Assembly (NCBI GenBank): GCA_043822705.1
Contig: JBDRBK010000110.1
Location: 1-45,009 of the forward strand
Origin: Fidelibacterota bacterium
GTDB taxonomy: Bacteria; Fidelibacterota; Marinisomatia; Marinisomatales; TCS56
DNA length: 45,009 nt
Reading direction: 5' to 3'
Every line of letters starts with the position of its first letter. Position 1 is the stretch's first letter. Positions 30,868 to 38,729 of the stretch are shown here, one piece after another. The position numbers and the translations under genes are program-made. A model generated the notes under the pieces. It was not told where the DNA came from. It saw only the letters and a list, made by a program, of their open reading frames with translations, and searched no databases.

Positions 30868-32180
30868 TCAGAATCGTAAAAACGCCGGTACAAAGCTTCC
30901 AGCTCGCCACTGTGAATCGCTTTTTTCAACTCGCTTTCAGAGCGGTTCATCCAGTTGTGCAGTGGATCTTCAATCAGCAACCGATCGATCATCGCATTCA
31001 CTTCGGCATCGTTCAGTTTCCGCGCTTCCGGTAGCAACTTGAAATAGAAATTATGCGCCACATCGTACATCCCGTGCCACCAGGCGTAATCCGGACCTGC
31101 CATCGCCACACCATGACGCGCCCGGCGGCCTTCATGATGCCACAGTTCCCAATAAATCCATTCGATTCCATTGCCGAAAGCCGCCTGGTTCTCCAGCAAT
31201 CCTTTCTTCTTGATCAGATCGATCAGCTCAGTGGCCGGACGGGCAAATTTTTCATCGTACAGTTTTACGAAGCTATCGAATTGGTAAAAATGACCGGAAA
31301 TAAATGTTGAAGTATGGCAGGCCTGACAGACATCCTTCATATTCTTGCGCTTCTCGGAATAATCATCTTTAAGCTGTGAGATTGGAGGCCGTAGCGACCA
31401 TTGAATACGGTTTCCCACATCATGGGTGGATTCCTGAAAACGGGTGGCTCCCATATGGCAGGTAACACAGGTCGGCGCTTCATAATAATCCTCGCCGACT
31501 ATCCAACTGTATGAATCAAGATTCATCTTATCCCGGTTGGTGTAATAAATATTACCGTGCTTGGATTCCTCATATACTTCTTTCTGAGGATGATCCGGCC
31601 CTAAATGACATTTCGAGCAGGCTTCCGGCTGGCGGGCCTGGGCCTTGGAAAAACCGTGCCGGGTGTGGCAGGCATTGCAGGAGCCTTTGGATCCATCGGG
31701 ATTGATGCGACCGATCCCGGAATTGGGCCAGGATTGGCGATCCAGCTTGTTCGGCGAATTGGGATCGATTTTTATTCGAGCCCCATGGCAACTTTCACAA
31801 CCGGTAACCACTACCTGATGACCGCCGAGCACATTCGCCAGATAGGCATCCTGCGATTCGAGGATCATTCCGGCCGTGGCATGATAGGAAGCGCCGACTT
31901 CCTCCATTTCCTTCTCATGGCAGATGCCGCAATCATCAGGTGTGACCAGGGTTGCGACATAACTATCTTCGTGCAGGAAGGCATCCACGTCGTCTTCCGC
32001 CGCACCATGGCAATCGATACAGGTAACCTCATATTCGGCATGAGTCGATTCCAGCCACTGCCGGTAAAGTCCAGGCGTTTTTTCCTTGTGGCACACCATA
32101 CAGCGCGCAGCATCCTGCGCCGGAAGAAACGCCGGTAGCAATAAAAGGATAACTAAATATCCTGATAAGCGTTTGTTCAT
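30864..32180 (-). CDS. Octaheme hydroxylamine oxidoreductase (HAO)-family cytochrome c
   Basis: Sec signal; eight CxxCH; CNACHTRHGFS, CSKCHLGPDHPQKEVYEESKHG, APTCVTCHM, helical C-terminus with HHEGRRARHGVAMAGPDYAWWHG. Confidence 0.88.
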   Translation of the reverse strand: MNKRLSGYLVILLLLPAFLPAQDAARCMVCHKEKTPGLYRQWLESTHAEYEVTCIDCHGAAEDDVDAFLHEDSYVATLVTPDDCGICHEKEMEEVGASYHATAGMILESQDAYLANVLGGHQVVVTGCESCHGARIKIDPNSPNKLDRQSWPNSGIGRINPDGSKGSCNACHTRHGFSKAQARQPEACSKCHLGPDHPQKEVYEESKHGNIYYTNRDKMNLDSYSWIVGEDYYEAPTCVTCHMGATRFQESTHDVGNRIQWSLRPPISQLKDDYSEKRKNMKDVCQACHTSTFISGHFYQFDSFVKLYDEKFARPATELIDLIKKKGLLENQAAFGNGIEWIYWELWHHEGRRARHGVAMAGPDYAWWHGMYDVAHNFYFKLLPEARKLNDAEVNAMIDRLLIEDPLHNWMNRSESELKKAIHSGELEALYRRFYDSE

Positions 32181-32256
32181 TTACTTAACCCCAGACAAGT
32201 TTCGATGCCTGAGATTAACAATATTTCCAGTCAATAACAACCGACCAGATATCGGC

Positions 32257-33081
32257 CTAACTACGATAAACTCGCAATCGGCCGGCAAAATATTTTATAA
32301 CATAGCTGAGTCCCAGCAATAGGGCTCCCAAGGTGATTATCACCGGTCCTGACGGCAGGTCGAAAATGTATGAAAAATACAGACCACCCAGTGAAATGAC
32401 GATTCCGATCAGCGTCGATATCAGGATTACCAGCAGGAATCGGCGCGCCAGCATTAGACCGATCAACGGCGGTATTGTCAGCAAGGCGATGACCAGAATC
32501 ACCCCCACCAGTTGGATCAGCAAAACGATGGAAACCGCTATCATCAGCATGAACACGATCATCAGTGTCCGAACCGGCAGACCTTGCACCCGGGCAAATT
32601 CCTCATCGAAAGATATGGCGACGAATTCCTTGTAGAATGCAAAGATCACCGACACGACAATGATGTCGATTATCAGGGTCACCAATATATCCTGATTGGA
32701 AACGGCTAATATATTACCGAACAGGTACGTCATCAGGTTCGGTGCGTAACCAGGCGTCCGGGCAATAAATATAATCCCGACTGCCATTCCCAGGGCCCAC
32801 AGAATGCCGATTAAGGAGTTTTGACTGATTAATTTTTCCCGGTTAGCCAGCCCAAGAATTACCGCCATTATCGCAGTTACCAGGAATCCACCCGCCAGCG
32901 GATTTAATCCCAGATAATAAAAGGCACCGATCCCGCCAAAAGCCGCATGACTGATACCACCGCTGATAAATACCAATCGTTTAACGACAATGAAGGTGCC
33001 GAGCAGTCCGCAGAGGATGCTGGACAGTACGCCGATCAGAATGGCGTTTCGAATAAATTCGTAACTGAGCAGTTCACCCAT
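32257..33081 (-). CDS. znuB: Zn/Mn ABC transporter permease
   Basis: ISHAAFGG, YLFGNIL, SFDEEFARVQG, VGVILVIALLTIP, LPSGP. Confidence 0.88.
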   Translation of the reverse strand: MGELLSYEFIRNAILIGVLSSILCGLLGTFIVVKRLVFISGGISHAAFGGIGAFYYLGLNPLAGGFLVTAIMAVILGLANREKLISQNSLIGILWALGMAVGIIFIARTPGYAPNLMTYLFGNILAVSNQDILVTLIIDIIVVSVIFAFYKEFVAISFDEEFARVQGLPVRTLMIVFMLMIAVSIVLLIQLVGVILVIALLTIPPLIGLMLARRFLLVILISTLIGIVISLGGLYFSYIFDLPSGPVIITLGALLLGLSYVIKYFAGRLRVYRS

Positions 33082-33082
33082 G

Positions 33083-33835
33083 TCAATCCCGGTGGCGTTT
33101 CAGCACCCGATGAGGTACGCCATGAGCGATTAATTCCACCGGACAGCCATACACTTGGTTGAGTGTCGCTTCCGAAACCTCACCTGAATCGTGAACATAA
33201 ACCTGGCGGTTCACACAGACGATCCGTTTAGTCGCCGGAGTAATGGCGGTGGCATCATGGGTGATCAGCACTATCGGGATACTTTGATTGAAACGGTTCA
33301 GTATCGAATTCAAAGTATTTCGTGAATCGGAATCAATGGCGGCGGTTGGTTCATCAAGAATCAATAATTCCGGTTCGGAAATCAGGGCCCGGGCGATCAG
33401 GACCCGCTGCAACTCGCCACCGGATAATTCACTGACGAAGGCATTCAGCAGATGAGTAATCCGGATTTCTTCAGCGATGTCACGAACCGCCCGGTCATCA
33501 GCACTGTTAAACCATCGCAACAGACCACGCCGATAGCAGCGCCCCATCCGGATGATTTCAGAAACCTGCAATGGGAATTGCCAGTCAAAAGTGGAAAACT
33601 GGGGCACATAGCCAATCCCGCGCCGCCCCTTCTCGAGCCGCAGGATTACCTTCCCTAATCGCGGAGCAAGCAGACCCAGAATCAATTTGGCCATAGTGGT
33701 TTTACCACCACCATTGGGACCGATAACGACCATATAATCCGTGGCATAGATTGCGAGGTTGACCCGTTCCAGCACCGTGCGGTTATCGTAACCGAAGCTG
33801 ACGTCATTCAATTCTACTAATGCCGGTTCAGTCAT
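33083..33835 (-). CDS. znuC: Zn/Mn ABC transporter ATPase
   Basis: GPNGGGKTT, IGYVPQ, LSGGELQR, LDEP, C-terminal YGCPVELIAHGVPHRV. Confidence 0.88.
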   Translation of the reverse strand: MTEPALVELNDVSFGYDNRTVLERVNLAIYATDYMVVIGPNGGGKTTMAKLILGLLAPRLGKVILRLEKGRRGIGYVPQFSTFDWQFPLQVSEIIRMGRCYRRGLLRWFNSADDRAVRDIAEEIRITHLLNAFVSELSGGELQRVLIARALISEPELLILDEPTAAIDSDSRNTLNSILNRFNQSIPIVLITHDATAITPATKRIVCVNRQVYVHDSGEVSEATLNQVYGCPVELIAHGVPHRVLKRHRD

Positions 33836-34739
33836 TGGTCAATGAATTTTTAAATATTTGGGCGACTTTTCGCAGATTATTCAGCCAATCATATTCCAGT
33901 GGATTCAACTCCACGATTTGGCCGCCGGTTTCACGGGCAATGATTTCGGCGCTGCGCCGGGAAAATCCCTGCTGCACGAAAATCACTTTGATGTTCTCGG
34001 TCTTTGCCTGATCGATGATATCGATCAATTGCGCGGGGCTCGGTTCCTTGCCCTGCGCTTCGATTTCAACCTGTTCCAGATCATATTCCCGGGCAAAATG
34101 TCCCCAGACCGGGTGATAGACCAGGAATTTTCTGCTTTGTACCGTGCTCAACTCTGTCCTGATTTCCTGATCCAGATTAACAATTTCATCAAGGAAGATA
34201 TCGCTGTTTCGTTGATAAAAACCGGCATTATCGGGATCGAGCGACATCAATCGGGCGGTAATGACCTTCACGGCGGAACTGACGGTATTCGGTGAAATCC
34301 AGATATGCGGATCGGTCTCATCACCACCGTGTGAATGCACCGCTGTCGGCTCCGCGCCATGCTCCGGCCGGTTGACTTCTGGACCAGCCCACATCGAAAT
34401 CACGGTAATCGTGGGTAATTCGGCCAGGACCGGTTCGATATGAACCGGTTCGAAAATAAAGTTGGGGTGGCCAATCTTGACATAAATCGCACTCCGGGCA
34501 AGCTTTACTACTTGCCGTGGTGTCGGTGCATAAGTCGCCGGCGCCGCACCGGATGGTATCAGGTAATCGACCGTGACCTTATCGCCGCCGATCCGCTTGA
34601 CGAAATAAGCCTGAGGCGCGATACTGGTCATCACCGGTATTGGTGGTCCGGACCGGGCCATTGTCATCGATAAGATTAAAATCAGTGGCAGTGATCCGGA
34701 GCGGACGGTGAGTGATCGCAGTAATCTTAGCTGTCCCAT
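33828..34739 (-). CDS. znuA: Zn/Mn ABC transporter substrate-binding protein
   Basis: Short His-containing loop (EHGAEPTAVHSHGG), DPHIWISP, VYHPVWGHFA, GKEPSP; start codon uncertain. Confidence 0.85.
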   Translation of the reverse strand: MGQLRLLRSLTVRSGSLPLILILSMTMARSGPPIPVMTSIAPQAYFVKRIGGDKVTVDYLIPSGAAPATYAPTPRQVVKLARSAIYVKIGHPNFIFEPVHIEPVLAELPTITVISMWAGPEVNRPEHGAEPTAVHSHGGDETDPHIWISPNTVSSAVKVITARLMSLDPDNAGFYQRNSDIFLDEIVNLDQEIRTELSTVQSRKFLVYHPVWGHFAREYDLEQVEIEAQGKEPSPAQLIDIIDQAKTENIKVIFVQQGFSRRSAEIIARETGGQIVELNPLEYDWLNNLRKVAQIFKNSLTND

Positions 34740-34854
34740 TTTGCATCGGCTGAATTGGCCGATGAATCTACATTATTTCGGGTAAACGTGGGACAGGCAG
34801 TTTGACAGATAAGTGACGGTTGAACAGGACGATGGCCAAGATATCAAAAAAACA

Positions 34855-35271
34855 TCAGCCGACGACCGGGGACTTGAGAGTAAGTTTGCCGTTGCCACCA
34901 TTGATCAGTTCCAACTGGGCAATCAGTTGTCCCTGATTTACCGGTTTGCGCAAAACTCGGTCGGCGCCGGTAATGGTCAAATTATCGGATATTGTATCCG
35001 TGGCGGTAACCACCACTATCGGTTTGGTGAATCCTGTACGCCGTAATTCCCGGATTGTGTCCAGACCGCTCATGCCGGGCATGTGGATATCCATGAATAC
35101 TATCTCCGGCTGATGGGTATTACAGAGTCGAATCGCTTCATCGCCACTCAGGGCTGATAAAATATTCCCGTTATAAGCCTGCTTCAAAAAAAACTGGTAC
35201 AGGCGATTGACGGAAATATCGTCATCTACAATTATAATCGATCGGTCTATCGTTGGTTCAGTGGATTGCAT
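34855..35271 (-). CDS. Stand-alone response regulator receiver (CheY-like)
   Basis: IIIVDDD, VFMDIHMPGMSG, VVVTA, LRKP; no output domain; TGATG overlap with the TPR gene stop. Confidence 0.9.
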   Translation of the reverse strand: MQSTEPTIDRSIIIVDDDISVNRLYQFFLKQAYNGNILSALSGDEAIRLCNTHQPEIVFMDIHMPGMSGLDTIRELRRTGFTKPIVVVTATDTISDNLTITGADRVLRKPVNQGQLIAQLELINGGNGKLTLKSPVVG

Positions 35272-36761
35272 CAGTCCAGACCCTTAGTTTTCATCAGTAC
35301 TTGTTGGTAAGAAATATCCAGATCGTCGGCCAGCTTTCGTTTATTATGCTGGTATTTATTGAGCAGGAAATCAAATAGGTCACTATCGAATTTTTTATTT
35401 GCCGATCGCCAATCAAGAACGGCAATGCTGTCAAGATAACGCTGGAAATAGGGATTATTTTCAATTTGTTTCGGAATTCCCGGTCCCCGTTTTAAGCCCA
35501 GTTTTTTCTGGTGTGTAAAGTAGGTCCTTGGTTCGATTTTAAGTTTCTGGCACATGTCCGGTGCGTTTTTGGAGCGATCCAGATGAAGTTTTAGCAGATT
35601 TGTATGGAAAATATCACGAATATCCTTCAGTGATTTATCCATGGTAAACCTGAATATTTCAGCGTTGAGATCAATCTCGACAATAGATTTATTTCGGTCA
35701 AGAAAACTGATGTAGGAATTCAGTAATTTCTTCCGATATCCAAGAATCCGTAGGCCCAGATCGATCTCCTGTTGCAGGTCCTTATAGCCCGTTGCATAGT
35801 ATTTATCCGCCAGCGCTTTTTCCCCGATTTTATCATGGCACAGACCCAGTTTATAATAATCTTCGAATGCCATGTCGCGCATCTCATAGCGCGTTGTCAA
35901 TTGAAGTGATTGCGAATGATAGCGAATGGCCTCTTGATACTCCCCCTGTTCGAATTCCAAATATCCGAGGTTTTGCAATGCCAGACCTTCTTGATAGGGT
36001 GACAATTCATGACTCAGGATGTCCGTATATATCAATTTAGCATTGATGAAATCACTCTCCATCACGAATAGCCACCCCCGATCATTCAATACATCATATT
36101 TATATAAATCGAGCTTATGCCTTTCGGATAATTCAATGGCCTGATCGTAGTATTTCCTCGCCAAACCGAAATCATTCTTCGCTAAGTACGTTGTACCAAG
36201 ATGACGGAATAAACGAGCGATACGTATATAATTATACTTTTCTTTGTAGTAACTGAGGCAACGATTAATAATTTCAATTGCCAAATCTGGATTACTGAAT
36301 TTATAACTCAAGGCTAATTGCGTAGTTAATTTCCAATAGAGTCCATTATTCTTTGTTAATCTGAGAGCCTCATTCAATATCGCAATTGCTTCGTTTTTAT
36401 ACCCTAGTTTTCTCAATAGATTGGATAGTTCCGAATAAAGTAAAGCAATAGATTCGTCACCCGATACTAAATCAAAAGACGTTTTAAAGGCTGCAAACGC
36501 CTTTAGATAATTTCCAACGAATGTATGAATCCCCCCAATTCCTGCTAATACTATCCCCTTTAACTCTTGATCTTCTACATTTTCTAATTGTATTAATTTA
36601 TTTAAAGCAATTTTACTCGAGATAATATTCAGATCTGATATCTCAGTCATTACTTCAACATAATTTTGTACAATTAGGTTTTTTGTTAAATCATTTAAGG
36701 ATATCTCTATTTTTGGAAATGGAACAAGGGATTTAACATCTATTGAAACGGTTTTATTCAT
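35271..36761 (-). CDS. TPR-repeat protein with two C-terminal Fis-like helix-turn-helix motifs; putative transcription regulator
   Basis: TPR-like units (LGTTYLAKNDFGLARKYYDQAIEL; LQNLGYLEFEQGEYQEAIRYHSQSLQL; LGLCHDKIGEKALADKYY); residues about 376-423 and 449-496 resemble each other and Fis/HTH_8. Confidence 0.75.
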   Translation of the reverse strand: MNKTVSIDVKSLVPFPKIEISLNDLTKNLIVQNYVEVMTEISDLNIISSKIALNKLIQLENVEDQELKGIVLAGIGGIHTFVGNYLKAFAAFKTSFDLVSGDESIALLYSELSNLLRKLGYKNEAIAILNEALRLTKNNGLYWKLTTQLALSYKFSNPDLAIEIINRCLSYYKEKYNYIRIARLFRHLGTTYLAKNDFGLARKYYDQAIELSERHKLDLYKYDVLNDRGWLFVMESDFINAKLIYTDILSHELSPYQEGLALQNLGYLEFEQGEYQEAIRYHSQSLQLTTRYEMRDMAFEDYYKLGLCHDKIGEKALADKYYATGYKDLQQEIDLGLRILGYRKKLLNSYISFLDRNKSIVEIDLNAEIFRFTMDKSLKDIRDIFHTNLLKLHLDRSKNAPDMCQKLKIEPRTYFTHQKKLGLKRGPGIPKQIENNPYFQRYLDSIAVLDWRSANKKFDSDLFDFLLNKYQHNKRKLADDLDISYQQVLMKTKGLD

Positions 36762-36912
36762 TCTCGTTTGTGCCGGAGTCCGCCTGTACTGCTGTTAAAT
36801 AAACAATGTCAATATTCTGTTTTGAATCTGATGAATCTAAAAGATTCGCGCCGGAATATACCGCTAAAGAAATGGTCAATGAAACTAATGCTACTATTTG
36901 ATTGATGGTCAT
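36754..36912 (-). CDS. Small 52-aa protein with signal-peptide-like N-terminus; candidate signalling propeptide
   Basis: Manual translation MTINQIVALVSLTISLAVYSGANLLDSSDSKQNIDIVYLTAVQADSGTNENE*; AGGAG 6 nt before ATG; stop overlaps the TPR gene start by 8 nt (ATGAATAA); below the ORF-track cutoff. Confidence 0.75.
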   Translation of the reverse strand: MTINQIVALVSLTISLAVYSGANLLDSSDSKQNIDIVYLTAVQADSGTNENE

Positions 36913-36943
36913 GATAATCTCCTGTTAGGTTAATTTTCACTCT

Positions 36944-36972
36944 ATTGTACTGAAATATTTTGTATATATCAA
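36944..36972 (-). promoter_or_regulatory. Sigma70-like promoter for the small ORF-TPR-regulator operon
   Basis: Minus strand TTGATA (36972-36967), 17 nt, TACAAT (36949-36944), about 30 nt upstream of the small ORF ATG. Confidence 0.65.
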
Positions 36973-37066
36973 GATTTATTTTATACATTCAACTACGCCA
37001 GAATCACCGTACTCAATAGATTAACCAACACTAATCTGAAACGGAGTTTGATCGAACGATTAAACA

Positions 37067-38653
37067 ATGCTGACCTTGACCGAAAAAACAACAGAACATT
37101 TCCGCTATCACCCCCTTACCGGTTCTACCAACCCGACCACAACGAAAGTCCTGATAGTCGAAGATGACAAGAATATTGCCAAGAATCTGAGTTATTATCT
37201 GTGTGAAATGAACTATTCCCTATGCGGCGTCATTCGGTCAGGGGAAGAACTTCTCGAACGAATCAATGAGTACCAACCTCAAGTGATCTTGATGGACATT
37301 CAACTGGCGGGTGAATTGGATGGGATAGCTACGGTCGAAAAATTGAACCGAATCTATGACATTCCGGTTATTTATTTGTCGGCTCGCACTGATATGGAGA
37401 CGTTATCCCGGGCCCGGGCTACCGGACAGTTTGGCTATCTGATTAAGCCAGTGAATCCGCTGGAGTTGCATTTCACGATTCAAATGAGCCTCTATAAACA
37501 CGAAGCCGATAGCGTTATACAATCCACCAGGGACTGGCTGCAAACTGCTTTGAACAGCATTGGTGACGGCGTGATCAGTACCGATCCGTGCGGTGTGGTG
37601 ACATTTGTAAATCCGGTCGCCGAAAATATTCTTACAACCACAAGGGACCAGTTATTCGGCCAAAATATTCATGATAACCTGTACCTGATCGACGACAATG
37701 AAATAAATTCGCTGTTCATTTCATCCGACCAGGTAATCGAAGATGAACAATCCCGGAAAATTGCGGGACAAATTCTGGTAAACCGGAAGAAGGGCACGGA
37801 GATTCCCATCGACGGGACCGTTTCGCCGATCATCCGACAGAATGGTAACTTTGATGGCAGTATCTTCGTCTTCCGCGATATAACCAGCCGTATCGAAAAC
37901 GAAAAGTCACAGAAATTACTGGGCGAACAATTGCGTCATTCGCAGAAAATGGAGGCAATCGGATTATTGGCCGGCGGAATTGCCCATGAGTTCAATAATA
38001 TTATTGCCAGTATTTCCAGTTACGCACAAGTGGCTATTACCCAGATTTCGCCCGATGCACCCACCCTGCCGTACTATCAGACGATCCTGAGAAAGTTAGA
38101 TCATGCCACGGTTTTGACGCGCAAGCTGCTGACGATGAACCGCAAGCAGGATCTGAACTTCATGGCGGTTGACCTGAACCAGGTTACCGGCGAACTGGTC
38201 CGGTTTCTTCGTCAGACCATTGTCAAGGATATCAACATCACTTTTGAATTGGATAAGACCATCAAGCCGGTTCGGGCCGATGTGAACTCCATTGAACAGA
38301 TTATCACTAATCTCTGCCTGAATGCCCGTGACGCGATTGATGGCCATGGTACGATTCATCTGTCGACGGCCCAAGTCCGTTCGAGTTCGGAGATCCATGA
38401 TTCATTGACCGATCTGACCGAACCGGAATATGTGCAACTGACTGTGACCGACAACGGCTGTGGAATGGATGAACAAACATTGCAGCGGATATTTGAACCA
38501 TTCTTCACAACCAAATCCGGTGAAAGCGGTACTGGCTTGGGATTATCGATGGTTTACGGGTTGATGAAACAGCACAAAGGAGCGGTACACTGTTCCAGTC
38601 AACCGAACATCGGTACAATTTTTAACCTGTATTTTCCAAATGCTGCACCTTGA
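37067..38653 (+). CDS. Hybrid sensor histidine kinase (REC-PAS-HisKA-HATPase), soluble
   Basis: VLIVEDD...LMDIQL...[15 protein letters not shown]...[55 protein letters not shown]. Only convincing plus-strand gene. Confidence 0.93.
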   Translation: MLTLTEKTTEHFRYHPLTGSTNPTTTKVLIVEDDKNIAKNLSYYLCEMNYSLCGVIRSGEELLERINEYQPQVILMDIQLAGELDGIATVEKLNRIYDIPVIYLSARTDMETLSRARATGQFGYLIKPVNPLELHFTIQMSLYKHEADSVIQSTRDWLQTALNSIGDGVISTDPCGVVTFVNPVAENILTTTRDQLFGQNIHDNLYLIDDNEINSLFISSDQVIEDEQSRKIAGQILVNRKKGTEIPIDGTVSPIIRQNGNFDGSIFVFRDITSRIENEKSQKLLGEQLRHSQKMEAIGLLAGGIAHEFNNIIASISSYAQVAITQISPDAPTLPYYQTILRKLDHATVLTRKLLTMNRKQDLNFMAVDLNQVTGELVRFLRQTIVKDINITFELDKTIKPVRADVNSIEQIITNLCLNARDAIDGHGTIHLSTAQVRSSSEIHDSLTDLTEPEYVQLTVTDNGCGMDEQTLQRIFEPFFTTKSGESGTGLGLSMVYGLMKQHKGAVHCSSQPNIGTIFNLYFPNAAP

Positions 38654-38678
38654 ACTGTAACGGCTGACGATCACGTGT

Positions 38679-38715
38679 AAAAAAAATCCCCGGTAGTTTA
38701 ACCGGGGATTTTTTT
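38679..38715. terminator. Bidirectional rho-independent terminator
   Basis: AAAAAAAATCCCCGGT-agttta-ACCGGGGATTTTTTT between the convergent kinase and MFS genes. Confidence 0.92.
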
Positions 38716-38729
38716 ATCCGGAAATTCTA

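Noticed and set aside
26469..32180. Evidence for nitrification or anammox
   Set aside because: No amo, hzs or cytochrome c554 genes in the window, and the HAO-like protein appears to lack the oxidative cross-link Tyr.
34744..34764. Inverted repeat CATCGGC-N7-GCCGATG before znuA as a Zur box
   Set aside because: GC-rich and unlike the AT-rich Zur/Fur operators; znuA start also uncertain.
35271..37066. AT-rich segment as a mobile element or anti-phage defence island
   Set aside because: No transposase, integrase, terminal repeats, nuclease or NTPase motifs; low GC covers only part of one gene and its upstream region.
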